Source of the DNA: Phoronis australis
Taxonomy: Eukaryota > Animalia > Phoronida
Assembly (NCBI GenBank): GCA_002633005.1
Contig: NMRA01000329.1
Coordinates: forward strand, 271,219 to 335,218
Reading direction: 5' to 3'
Length of the DNA stretch: 64,000 bases
A program made the position numbers and the translations under genes. A model generated the notes under the pieces. It did not search any database, was not told the origin of the DNA, and saw nothing but the letters and a program-made list of their open reading frames with translations. Shown here in pieces: positions 37,258 through 50,900 of the stretch. Each line of letters begins with the position of its first letter. The first letter of the stretch is position 1.

Positions 37258-40200
37258 ATGAATGGTTTTAAGCGTGTTCTCAATTTCTCTCCAGGACCTG
37301 CAAAACTACCAGAGAAGGTGAGACCTCCTTGACTTTACGAAACTGAAATTTCTAAATTTATTCTTTACATTGATTCACTAAAAATGATTATCTCGTATAT
37401 TTTTGCAAAATGGTATATTGACAAATAGCGCTGATGTTTTTGCAGCATATCAATTACCTGCGGCTGCTTGTGTGGAATATACTAGAAAAATACGCTTTCT
37501 TGTACAAAAATGACGCTCTTGAGAACTAAAGAGTTGATGAGCAGACGAAATTTTTTTTTTTTTTTTAATTGATTTGCAGCATAGTACTGGCAGTAACGTT
37601 TGACCATGCGCACCACGGACACGACAAAAACTAGAATTTAGTTTTCATGGCTTACGGGGACATTTGCCATCAGCAATCAATTGTTATTGCACACTTGCGG
37701 CATCACAGACACGGGAAATACGAATGAGTATCTAGCTGACAATGTACGCATCGGTTGAGTAATGTGTGAGAGCCCGTAACGTGCAGTATTCGTGGTATCT
37801 GCTTAAAAAAAACGTACGCTGACAGGGCCTATATTTTGTCGGTTTTGAGCGTTTACAGCGACACGCTTGTCTCGGTGAAAATAAGGACAATCTGCCAGTG
37901 GGGACTTAACCCGTTCCCGCATTCTTTGAATGTCTAGTATCTGTCTAGTCTCATTATCTGTCTGGTTTGAGAGTTTACAAATCTCGATCTGGTCAGTGGG
38001 TCATCGATTATCTCACATTGTATTGTCTGATACTGCATGCACGTGGATTTACGGTGCTCAAAATTAGTATAATGCATTATGTGAGAACCCACGACGCGTG
38101 CAAGTAGTGCAATATTGGGTTTTATCAGCATATAAAGCGACCTTTTTGAACTTGTAGTTTATATAACTCTCACGCGTGTTCACTGTAATCTTATCTCAAT
38201 GTTCAATGACAGGGCCTCTTGCAGCATTGGAAATTTCCTTTGCGCTTCGAATGCATTGATGTGCCATGCCTTTATATTAAGTTTGTTTTGATGCCTCTGA
38301 CCGAGAACACCACTCGACAAATTTGCGCTGCAAGTTCGCTAAGATGTATCTTGTATTTATTAGGTGTTTTCTGCTGAGCAAAAGGTGATTTACAGTTTTG
38401 ACGTTTCTGTCTGTGCAAAGTGCAAATCACGAATCTGTCGCCATCATTTGTTTTTTATTGCAAAGTCTAAATCAACTGCACATGGGGTTTGCTGATGCAA
38501 GATTTTACTGTTATTTTTGTGTCTAAGCTAAAGTATTTCGTCATCCTTATTTGGTGTCATGTGTTACTCCCAGTTTCCTGTTATTGACAGATATTCTAGT
38601 ACCCTCTAAGACAGGCTTTATTTGAAATTTTGAGTTAAAAAAAATTATGTCTTTGGCTGATAATTTGAATCAAAATTATTCCTGCAGCGTTGTTAAATGT
38701 GAAGACAGTCCATGTGTTATTGTTGGGCACTTTTATAGAAATACCAGCAGAGAAATTAAAACAACCCCTGTATTGGAGGGTACGGTCTTACCCCTTATTA
38801 GGAATTATCTATCACAATGCTAACGCGTGATCTCCCTTATTAGGTAGGTCAAACCCATATTAGGTACAATGGCTGTGCCATATTTGGAACAGATTGTGCC
38901 TTATTAGGCTGTATGTACCTTATTTGGGATAAAGACAATCGACGATAAGTTACTTCGGGAAGAAAATAGAACATTTCACATTTTCATGGAGCAAGTTCCT
39001 ATAATATGCTGCAGTTTATTTCGGAAATAAAGCCAGACGAAATGGCTGACATAATGGTTCATTGAGTTCATATGTGTACAAACCAAGGCCATACTGTGAA
39101 CAGGTCTGTCTGGCATCCTAAAATACAGGGTGCTCCAAAATGTTAACAAATTATTCTAAAATACGAGAACCAGGATATGGTTTTACTGATAAATAACGAC
39201 GGTTTTCGTAACCTAGAAATCCCAAAGTTTGTTATGCAATGAGTAGCTTGGAACAAGCGCCACAGTTATTTTTTTTTTGCAAAGAACAAAAATTTTCAAG
39301 TTGTCTGGTTCCAAACGTAACCATTTCTGCAGCTCCAGCGCACATGTTAAGAATTTTTTAGCAAAGCCAATGCTCGTTTCTTTAAAACTGTGTAACTTTC
39401 CTAATGTATGTCCCTTTCAGTAGAAACGAATATAAAAACACCATTAGTTGCCTGTAAAATCAGTTTTTGGTATTTGTATTTCAGAGTATTTTGTAAACAC
39501 GTTTGAGACACCTTATATGTCTTTTGTTCACAATAACATTAGTGGTGAACTTAAATTTAATCATTTGGAAGGTTGCTGCGGCTTCTTACAACTGAAAAGG
39601 GAGTCACATTGAAAGAGTTTCATTTATTTAAACCAATGTAGGTTCTAAATTGATTAATTGTTATGTTTGTGTTGAATAAAAAGGGATGAAGTTCAGCGAC
39701 GTTTTTTGTCTTTTGTTCACTAAGCGCGTCTGCTGAGTAAGTGCGTTTATGAAAAGCTGCTCTCCCGCAGTGTAATATTGAAGTATTAGAGGTCGCGCCG
39801 TGACACCCATTCGATTGACCATATTGTTACTGGGGATTTCGATGGCTCTTGCGAAACAATGGGCCGAATGAGACCACATTGGCGTTATTTCGGGATCGTT
39901 TTGCATTTCTGACATGGGGCAGAGGGATGGGACGTTTAGCAGAATGTCAATATTCCCACTGTTACAGCAGCCAAACTGACGATAAAATGAAACTTAGTGG
40001 CTGGTGTTTCAAAGCAACCTGTGAGTAAACATTTAAGTAGAAGAAACAAATTGCCGGCTTTAATGCCACCACCACGGCCGGGTATTTAATATTCTAATAT
40101 TAGTTATTCACTCTTGCATTACTCAGTGACATCGAAAGTCTACTGTTGAATACAAACGCTGAGGTAAGAGCCTTCTGAGGGGTTTTAGTGTAGACGCAAA

Positions 40201-43200
40201 AACCACTCCGAACAAAATGGCGTTTCTGAAAGAGCCCCCAAGGGTTTTTTTGAAATTCTCGGGTCCAGTCCTTCACAGCGCACCGATCATGTGATGACAG
40301 GGTGTGTGTGTGTGTGTGCAGTGTTGTGTTCCGTGTACACAAGACGCTCGCGATATCAGTGGTGTTAATGCTGGTGGGATCAAGAGCTCGCTCGTTCCCT
40401 GCGTGCCGCCAGGTGGTAGCCAGCTGGCTACCACTTGGCGGCACACGGGGAACCAGCGAGGGATCTAGAGAAGACTACTGATCACGGGTTCTCGCGAATT
40501 GCTACGGAACGCAACTCTGTAGATTTCCCACTAGAGTCAATAGAGCTCAACAGGAACTGAACATTTTGTTTTAGGTCCTGCGACATGCACAGCACGAAAT
40601 GCTTAATTACAGCAATTCTGGGATTGGCGTCATGGGTAAGTTTGAAACGACGGAGCATAATATTAACTAATTCTATTCATGATTCACATAGTCTATGATT
40701 CATTTGTGTTTACCAGAATTGTCATTTGGTGTTTGCTGCATTGCTAAAATTTACCCAAAAGTACAAATTTTATGTTTTATGATTAGAATTTTTAATGCCA
40801 GCACGTGAATGTAGGCAGCAATTCTTTGCACCATTGAGTTCAAATGTTATGTGTTTTGTATTCGTTTCCATTAATTATTTAAACATTGCGTTGCAGAAAT
40901 GAGTCACAGATCACCCGAATTTACGAAAATTGTGAGGACAGCAGAACAAGATTTGAGAGAATTGCTGTAAGTGCAAATCAATTCACTAATTCGAAAGGCG
41001 CTATCTACAAAAATAGGGACTGGTTTTGTTTTTAATTAGCCTGGTCTCCTAACAGATGGCGGATTGTGTGATACTGAATATCAGAAATAAATAGCCTTAA
41101 TGATTTTTTCCGACAGAATATATTTTCCCGCCGAATCTGCTCTCGCTCATCTCCGAGCCTGACGCCGAGACCGTAGGCTACAACTAAAACTCCACGCACC
41201 AATCTTCCATTTCAAAAAATCCTGTAGTCTTATTCCGTCTCTGAGTGACTCTAATTCTTTCTTTCCGGCTACACACCAAAGCGTTGATAAGAAACTGACA
41301 GAACATTCCTTCTTTTTTCAGCGACATCCCCAACAACTACAAAGTGTTATTTCTACAAGGTGGCGGAACTGGTCAGTTTGCAGCTGTCCCTTTAAATCTG
41401 ATTGGTCTAAAAGAGTCAAAGTCAGCCGATTACATTGTAACGGGGACGTGGTCAGAAAAAGCGGCGAAAGAAGCGCAGAAATATGGCGAAGTGAAATACG
41501 TGCTGCCGAAACTGGAGAAATACAATGGTACGTTTGAACAATGAGCAAGATATCTAATCATCCGTCTGAAATAGTTTTCAGAAATATTGTGTTTATGGCA
41601 CGATTAAACAATGATCGTTCGGCAGTATCACATCAATTCAATTTGCTGAATATACTGTTAAAAAAATTTAAGTGGTCAAATCTAAACTGCGTGTAGGGTG
41701 GACCTGTATTTTTGTTACATTTGTCCTTGAAAATGAGCATTATTGAATTTTTACATTAAGTTGTATGAGAATGCTTGCTGTGATTAATCGTTATAGACTT
41801 AAGGATTAGAAAGGTTTGGTAAAGCACACTCTTCTTTAGTTCAAATTAACACAAACTCGCTTCTGCGTTGGAAGCATCCCGCCGAAGAAGCGATGTTATT
41901 GACATCTTTACCTCGTGCTGTGAATGTTTAGGTATCCCGGAGAGAAGCACGTGGACCTTAAATCCTGACGCATCTTATGTGTACTACTGTGCCAACGAGA
42001 CAGTGCACGGTGTTGAGTTCCACGATGTCCCCGAAACCAACGGAGTGCCACTCGTCTGCGACATGTCATCGTCAATCTTGTCAAGGCCAATAGATGTCAA
42101 AAAGGTAATGGTTTTATTTAGGCTCAGTCGCATAGACTTTTAAAACTAATGTGTGTCCTTTCTGCCTTTGTGATCTAAAACAAAGAAGCAACAGTTATGT
42201 ATGTGTTTTTGGATGCTTGTGAATTGTTTCCAAACGATACCTAAAGTACATTAGACTCAGGCCATATATTCATAATGAATACGGAGCAGAGAGGGTTAAC
42301 GTTTCGATTGAATTGCACAATCGTCACCATAAACTTTTTTCAGTTCGGACTCATCTATGCTGGTGCTCAGAAAAACATTGGCTGCGCGGGCGTCACAGTT
42401 GTCATTGTCCGCGAAGATCTTCTTGGGTGTGCGGCGAAGGAATGTCCCACGATTTTAGATTATAAAGCTCAAGCGAAGATGGAGTCTTTGCTCAACACAC
42501 CTCCTACTTACAGGTAAATTTGGATTTTAAGACACCTTCGAGTTATATGCAGTTGCTTTGACATACAGCACCTTCATTACCGCATACATTAATGCACTTT
42601 GTTTAATGTATGAGATGGAACGATATTCTGCGGGTACCGGTAAAATACACTCGACACAAGGACGTGACGTGACTCTCTTTCTAAGTGTATTATTATTGTG
42701 GGTTACTCGTTTTGGTATTTGATTTTGTTGATCTCTTTTTTACTTTCAGCATATATATCATGGGCCTGGTTTTCAAATGGATTAAAGAAGAAGGCTACGT
42801 TCAGGCGATGCAAGACAGGAATATTGCCAAGGCCAACACGATTTATGAAGTTATTGGAGAATCGAAAGGGTTTTACAAGTGAGTGACAAAAGTGCATTGT
42901 AAAACGTCTCCATTTCCCGCGCACTTACGCGTTTCTAGAGCGGTTTTAGAATCAAAAAGGAGGAAATCCTTTATGGCACATTTGTATGGCACTTTACTTT
43001 TTTCGTGTCTACAGTCGTTTCTTCATGCTGGGTCTTTGTGAAATTTTTGCATATCAATGGTTCTCGTTGCTTTTGTCTTTGTCAATATAGACAAAGTCTA
43101 AAAATGGTTACTAAGCTACCATATCAGTGAAACTTCAATCAGACTTTTACGTCACGCTCGTACGATCTTTATTTGCTTTTTGCAGTAACTGTGTGCTGTG

Positions 43201-44319
43201 TCTCGTGTTTAGTGTACATTGGAAACGTGGAAATTTAATTAGTCCAATGGTACTTTAATTTTAGTGCAACTGTGAAGCAAGATAGCATGAGTCGTATGAA
43301 CATTCCGTTCAGAATCGGAGATGCAGAAGGAAATGAGGAACTTGAAAAGGCTTTCATTGAACAGGCACAGAAGCGTGGCATGGTGCAACTGAAAGGACAC
43401 AGGTAATAAGCCGTGTATTGGTTGGCTGCACTTGATTCATGCTCCTGTCTCACTCGGGTAAACCCTCCTGAACATGTGATTGGTTCTCAATGGCGGCTTT
43501 GGGATAGCTGTTGAATCAGATGCACCTTTCACGTAGAAGCAATACACTCGCGCATGCAATTCTTCGCGAGATATCGCCATTCATTTCAACGTTGGTACCT
43601 GGTCACACTAGCTTTACTAACGAGCATCTTGCGTCTACGGAACTCTGCTCAACGTTCGGTAGAGGCAAGAAACTTGCGAAAACGCAAAATTGTGCAGGAT
43701 TTCTCGAGGTATTGCCATGTTTAATTAGCGAAGCACGTGACTCACGTTAACTTTTATCGCGAGTGTGTTAGGTCTAGGGAACGCAGCATGTGTTGCGGCT
43801 TCTGTCATTCACAATTGTATCACCTTCGAGATATCCAAAAATGTCACCAGCTAGAAATGGTGACATACTGACAAAGTTTCAAATTTATTTTTTATTTTTT
43901 GTGTACTTGATTTGTTTTAATTCTCATTCATTTTATGCAATTTAGTTGCGAAACGTTTAACGCTGGTAATGTTTTCCTCGACTGGTGGTATGGAATTTCA
44001 ATGTTAAAAATGTAGTGTAATAGGCCTTACCAGGCATTTTCACGAAAAATGGCCTTCTTTGTTTCATTTGAATAAAACGTTATACAAATTCTACCTCAGG
44101 ATTGTGCATTTTGAACTTTTTGTATATTTTCCTTCTGTCCGGACGTTATTAACTGTACATACAATTTTATCAAATCTTGTTGCATTTCAAAAACGACCTC
44201 ATCTGGTGTCTTACAGATCTGTCGGAGGTATCCGAGTTTCCCTCTACAACGCTATTACACAAGAAGAGGCGTACAAACTTGCCGAATTTATGGAAGAATT
44301 TCAAGAACTTCATCGATAA
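37258..44319 (+). CDS. PSAT1: Phosphoserine aminotransferase; exons 37258-37317, 40575-40635, 40897-40966, 41322-41527, 41932-42104, 42344-42513, 42750-42878, 43265-43402, 44217-44319 (complete)
   Basis: Nine exons joined in phase by GT-AG introns. Motifs [52 protein letters not shown] (PLP lysine), [27 protein letters not shown]. Stop TAA 44317-19. Confidence 0.97.
39126..39516. mobile_element. Tc1/mariner-like MITE in PSAT1 intron 1
   Basis: ta|cagggtgctccaaaatgttaacaaattattct is imperfectly inverted by agagtattttgtaaacacgtttgagacaccttata; TA flanks. Confidence 0.6.
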
Positions 44320-47300
44320 GGCCATCTGAAAGAGATCTGCGGAGCACTGTCTTAATATATTAATTTATGTTTTAACTGTTTTGTTTTATGTCCATATCTG
44401 TGTGTATACCTTTATGAAAATTGTCTTGTCCTGCATTATTTATGTCTGTTGAACAATTAACCCCAGTAGGTTAAATGTATGTTTTATGTCATGTAGAATT
44501 GATAGTTGCGTGCTGGAGTCATTGTATGAGAAACGTTGCGTGTCGATGCGACAGTGTACAATAATACAACATTGTTAGTGGTTGTTTAATGCAATCAGTT
44601 ATGAGGTGGACACTTTAGTCCATGCACTAGATGTGCCTGTTGACTAAATTGCTTGAATTCTTTCTTTACGAACTTAAGCTGTCTGAAGTTACTCCAGTCG
44701 CGATTCCATTATAAGTTACAAATATTGTTAAGTTACAAAATGATTTTGAATTCAAATCACTGGCACTTGTTACAGGTCGCGTTTTTAGTGATGTCTGAAT
44801 ATCTCAGTGATGTGATATTCACTACAAACAGTTGACAGCAGTGTTTGTTTTACCAGTGGCATTATTGTTCATTACTGTTTTTGTGTGGCTGTATGCGAGA
44901 GATATACTGACTGTCCCCAAGTTGCGAGTCGAACATTGAGTGCTAATAGTTTATATTACAATATATCGAGGAATAGTTTGCAGGGTCACTAAGTTAGTTC
45001 GTGTGGTATTCAAGGGTCCGTAGTGATTAGTAGTAGGCTTAAGGTAAGCGAAGATGAATGTCTGACGCTTGTCGTAGACCTGTTTAAATGCAAATTTGAT
45101 TCGTTTAAATATAAAGTTTGACAGTTAAAACTCCTAATTAGCGTCTTACTGAGAGACTAGTCAAACGTTAAGCCAGTCGAGTTGTTTACCTGATGAGTGA
45201 TAGTCGTCCCGGTGAATGTCAAGGACCAATAGTTATGCGTTGTTCCTGTTGATATTTTTGTTCTAATTTCTCAACGTATTGTTCTTATAGTTGACAAATA
45301 TAATGTTATTTTAAACAGAAGTGAAGATTAGTTTCATCAGTGGCAATTCTGTCTGTCCCATAACGGAAAACAAGAACATTAGCATTTCTAATGTCAAAAA
45401 CTAACTTAATCGATCTTATAATGACATTTTTTAGTCACTGGCTAAATTGCCAAATGAGAATTCTTAGCCATGCAATACAGACTTGTCACAAACGTTCTCA
45501 TACCTTACTGTAAACTGGTTGTCCAGGGCATAGGCAAGTAAAAAGAGTACCAAAATCTACTTTTGGAAGTGAGTGGCGAGCCCTTCCCAAGCTAAGCTGC
45601 ATCAAGTCATTTGCAGGTCACGGTGCTCTCCTCTCAATTTGTGTCGAAGGTCGAAACCAATTTGTTGTCATCTTTTGGCAAGGAAGCTTGAATTCATTTC
45701 CATGGATATCATTTCATGTTTTTTGATAATAATTGGTGAGGAATCACAACTCCAACTGTGAAATGAACGTACCACACTTGCCATGCCAAGCGGCGAACGC
45801 AATGCGGGGTGTTCGTCTATCCAAAGCCAGATATTCGCAAACGGAAATATGTACTAATTACATTTAGAATCTTGTCAAAGTATTTAGAACTGACGTCTTC
45901 AAAAGATGTTTTTTTTTTGGAAAATGCCAATCAAAACAACGTGACGTTTTGTTCTATTTCTGACATACTAGAGCTAACCGTTTACTGTACACTGAGAGTA
46001 TGGAGATTTGGAAGACCTTGGCTGTTTTTTCACTGGACAAGTTGCGATATTGTTCCATTTCGCGTGCTCAGCTGAGAAACTCGCAAATGCAGTGGACTAT
46101 TCAAATCCATTCCCCCAGAAAAGTAACTGGAGCAGTCACGGACTTCATTGCTACCTACATTTCAGTTTCACTAGCGTGAAATAGCCCATGAAATAGTGTC
46201 AATATTTAATGCAAAATTAAAGTATAAATTATTAAGCATCTCTTAACTGCAAGACGGCATTCTGAAATGTGGGCCCTACATTAATCTATGTAGAATTCTC
46301 GGAAGGGACAGTTCTAACGTCTAATACTGAAAACCGGGCAAACCTGTTCGCTTTCATGACACCAGATGTGCACAAGCCTGTATCTTTGATATTCTATGGT
46401 TTCTTCGTTGGGCTGTCAGAACTGTTAACCATGTTTGAACTTCTGGTGGTGTACCGACAGAACGGCCGCTACAGTTGAGCGACATTGAACTTCACTCTTT
46501 ATGAATTGCCAGCAAAAAGCACAAATACATACAGGAATGCATGACCAAAAAGCTTGATTTGGTTCTGGTCTGCTTTTTCAGAATTCATTCGGCGATATGT
46601 AATATTTGAGACTTTTTTCAGATAGACAAATCAAATCATTTAGTGTACTTTTATATTTAGTAATCTGATGATAGATCGAATTTTCCCAGTGTCTCCTTGC
46701 AACTAAGTTCGTTGAAGCATTGCCAATTCTTACAAGATTAGCTTTTAATTGTAAAAAAATCATCAGTCAATCAGCTCATTTTCGTAGATATATAAACATG
46801 TAATTCAGAAACCAACAATCGAATCCATGATGATGATGATTTAATGACTTAATTCCTTTTTGATAACCTGTTAGTGACTTTAAACGACAAATCTTGTACC
46901 GAAGTCAAAAAGCAAATGAATGTATTTATTGTCATTTGAGTTATGAGTAAATTTTTGGGAATTGCCCAAATTTCATCAATGTTTTTGAGAGTTAGTTTAG
47001 ATAGACAAGAAGTGTCCAAGTGCACTTTACTCATTTGGGGAGTGATTATAGATTTTTCCATATTTAGGCTTCAACTGAATTCACTGAAACATCATAATTT
47101 CTTAAAATATTAGCTTGTAATTGTCAAAAATCATCTATTAACCTGTCGGTTTTCGTAGATACACAAACGTAAATCAGACACCAACGAATTTGTTTATCAA
47201 ACGGAATGTTATAAGCAATTTCCGCAGGCATAAGCGCAGTCATCGGTGCGGGGTAACCAGGGGAACATGGGAGATGGGGCATTCATATTAAGGTGTATTT

Positions 47301-47811
47301 TTGCTTATTTCCGAGATACCTATAAAAGTTCACGAGTTTAACTTGAACTCCAAAAAAACCCTGAAATTTGTTTATTGTTGCGAGTATTTTGGGTACCCGC
47401 CCGTTCCACATCCGGTCATCACTGACAAATCATAACCCCCAGTCTTTTCGACATTTGTGAATTCGTTACAAACAGTTCCTAGTAACGACCTTCAAAAGAA
47501 ATACTATTTTTGTGATACTATTGGAAAAATATAACATTGGCCTTTTTGTTTAATTCGCAAATAGTGGTCTTCACGTTTTTCAAAATTTTTGATGGTGGTC
47601 AATCCCATTGTATTTTTCACATTTTTGGTTGTTTGGGTCGAATGTTTTGATATTACTGTGCTGTGTACGGTTGTTTTAGGTTTTTGATGAAGTTGGAATC
47701 TCATCTTCCCTCGTGAATACTTGGCAGTGTCGGATTTACATGTATAAAGAGATACCCGAACCGCCCCACTAATCTACGACGAAACCAAATATGAATGAAT
47801 GCACATTCACT

Positions 47812-47841
47812 CACTAGAGGGCAGTTCTACCAATGACGTCA
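47812..47841 (+). promoter_or_regulatory. Candidate MEMO1 proximal promoter: CTCF-like motif, CCAAT and full CRE palindrome
   Basis: cactagagggcag (47812-24), CCAAT (47830-34) overlapping TGACGTCA (47834-41), about 80 bp before ATG 47919. Motif-only evidence. Confidence 0.5.
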
Positions 47842-47918
47842 TGTCCTGGACGTGACGGTCAGCTGAACTCCTTTGTTTCCAGTCAATTTTTAGCAGTCCA
47901 GTCAACATAGGTGTTGAA

Positions 47919-50900
47919 ATGTCGCGCGTGAGACGGGCCTCTCACTCTGGAACTTGGTATGCAAGTCAGAGTAAGTATTTTGTCTTACTGGAACAGCTCG
48001 TTTTTGCGTTTCCTGCAAACCAGCGCTGTTTTTGGATCCCCATCAACTGTATGTTTTCGTCGCTCGGTTCACTCAGGTCAGACAGAAAATTGGCAGCCAG
48101 TGAATCACCCTAGCCCTGTAGACCTACTGACCGGTCATTTGAACTGTGGTCTGGGTTCGTGTGGTAATACGGTACGGCCAACTTTTCACTGTTTACAGTT
48201 TTCATCAGTGCTAGTTTTTAGCTTCTTGCCTTGGCTTTCGGCCTTGGTGGCTTGGTGAGGTCTTGGTCTTGGACTTGGTTGGCAACTCGTGAGAGCCACC
48301 TGAGAAAAGCTAACTGCTGACTGATTCAGGTTACCAAGGAACCAGGAGCTAGGACTGAATGGAGGTTGAGCCCCGGGGGCTGGCTGGGTATTATAGTGTT
48401 ACTGGTTATGTAAATCATGCTACAAGTAAAAGATTGGTGATGCCGGGTCATTCCTCTCTCCCGCATCAAAGATGCAGGTAGCAAAAATGTTACTGGTTAG
48501 ACATAATAATTCCTGATAACCAAGCAATCACTGAATAAGGGGTATGTTATTCAGTGGATGAAATTTATTCTTGACCAGGGACTATTATTTTCGACCAGTG
48601 AAGAAAAAATGCACCTCTCAATGGCTGGGCTTGGTACCAACGGTCCAGCTGTGATTTAGACGTCCAAACCACTCTCCCCCTGCTTGGTCTGTAGGCAGAT
48701 GTGCAGTGACAAGAAATTCAGAGAGGATTTATTGGACTGTATACAGAACGTGGAATCGGGAATTCACTACATGCTTCTCGATTGTGCAGATTGAGGCAAC
48801 CCTATTGTTGAGGGGGGGGTGGCTTTTTGGGTGATGAATATTGCCTTAGTTGAGTGCCCTCATCTAATAAAATCCACGTGTCACCATCTGGTGTTGAACC
48901 GTGCCTCTTGCATGTTAGTCAATTAGTCAAGTGTTCAAACCAATTGGCCAATAAGCAACTCATGATGAGATTAAATTTTATTTGACTGTATGTCACACCT
49001 AGAGCTGGAAGTTCACAACACATGCTGCTGAGAATTAGACTGGTCTGGTTCTGTGCAGACCTCGCGTGGGCATTAAAGGTGAAAGCAACCTTTTTTCATG
49101 TCATTTTTAGCGAAAAAAGGTTCGTTGATTATCCCAGACATAATTTTCATTTAATTACAACTTTTTGTAATTTAAACAATTACTCGTCCTTTACTCCGGA
49201 AGTGACATTTTGGGAGGCAAGTATTTCGTGCCAATTTCTTTTCATATAGTCTGATTGTGAGAGCTGCCGAGTCAGTCATTGTTCTACCTCTGTTGTGATT
49301 AGTTTGCTCGTTGTTTGCTTTTGTTTACGAGTCAGCCAACATGCCACACTGTTTCTGCATACCAAGATGTACTCATTATCGTCTCACGGACAGAGGAACA
49401 ATTGTCCCACTTACCCGAGTGTCCCACGACACTCCCACTGGATGGTGACTTGAGCACACAAACTGCTTACACCCCGCCATGTGACTCCCTCGCCACACAC
49501 CTGTCACCTTCTAAATAGCTCCAATACTTTAGATAAGTACTCAATAAACTTATCAAAGTTTGGCTCACCGATCTATTCGTTAGATGACGAACTGTCCTCT
49601 TCACTGGATGTCAAACGGGGCCTGTATTCACTCCCTCTACTCAACTTCGCAGCAGGGCTGCTTACAGGCTCTGGGCAATAATGAGTACATCCCGGTATGC
49701 AGCAACAGTGTGGCATGTTGACTAACTCGTAAACAAAAGCAAACGACAACCGAACTTGTCACAGCCGTGGTATAACAATGACCGACTCGACAGCTGTCAC
49801 AGTCACACTATTTGAAAGGAAATTGGCGCGAAATTCTTGCCTCCCAAAAAGTCACTTCCAGAGTAAAGGACGAATAATTAATTAAATTACGAAAAGCTGT
49901 AATTAAGTGAAAAACATGTTTGGGATAATCAAAGAACCTTACTTTTGCTAAAAATGACATGAAAAAAGTTGCCTTTCCCATTGATCACTTACAGGGTGGT
50001 GGATTTTGAGAACCAGTTTGATGCCTGCTATCGAGTGGAAAAACATAGTCCTCAAAATACAGGACTCCTATAAGTGACTATTGCAGACTGTGTTGTGCTT
50101 CAATTTGGAATATTGGTCGGAAAGAACTAAGTTCTGTACTGTTTATGATCAAGCTGTACAAGATGCTATGTCACAGCATGTCATTTGGTGCACTGTAATA
50201 ATGTTCTGTCAGATCTTTTTTAACTCAGATGTTATGTACTTAATTTGAGTTTGGAGTTCATAACTAATAATTTGAAGATCAATTTTTGGCGGAATGCAGG
50301 TTTATCTAGCTACAGGGGTGTGGATACATGCTGTGGTGAAATATTATCAACTCAGGGATTAACATGTGTCTTTCATTGTGATAAAATTTAACCACAATTG
50401 TTATATTTTCATTTTTAAAGTTTCGGACTTAAAGGGACATTATGGGCGAGAAAAGTGGTTTTCTAAAGTCACCCTCAGCGCAGAATCTAACCTGGAACCC
50501 CTCCTGTTGTAGCCTAGCGCTTTGCAGTCAGAGCTAAATCTCAGTCGATTAATTGCAGAGTATTTTAATAGTATTTACAGTCTGACAAAGTAGCTGTCCT
50601 TAATTTCAACATCTGACAAAGTCACCAGCCTTAATTTCAGCCCATGTCTGAGAAGCAGTGTAGAAAATTGGTGATTTGTTGTAAAATCACAAAAGCAACA
50701 AATTTTTGAGTTTTTAGTTCCCACCAGTCAAAACTCAAAGCTAATAAGTTAGGGAAGTCTATCCCACCCAACAATATTTTAATCCCTGTTTTTGAGCTGT
50801 AAAAGCAATAATGTCCCTTAAAGTCCTTCTCTCACGCGTTGTTAACCCTTATTACATGGTTAGAATGTGTTATAAGGATCCAAGAAGTACCTACCCCATA

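Noticed and set aside
46560-47190. Two degenerate direct repeats (attagctt.taattgt.aaaaa...ttttcgtagata...cagaaaccaac)
   Set aside because: Real but old and short; no termini or coding signal allow classification.
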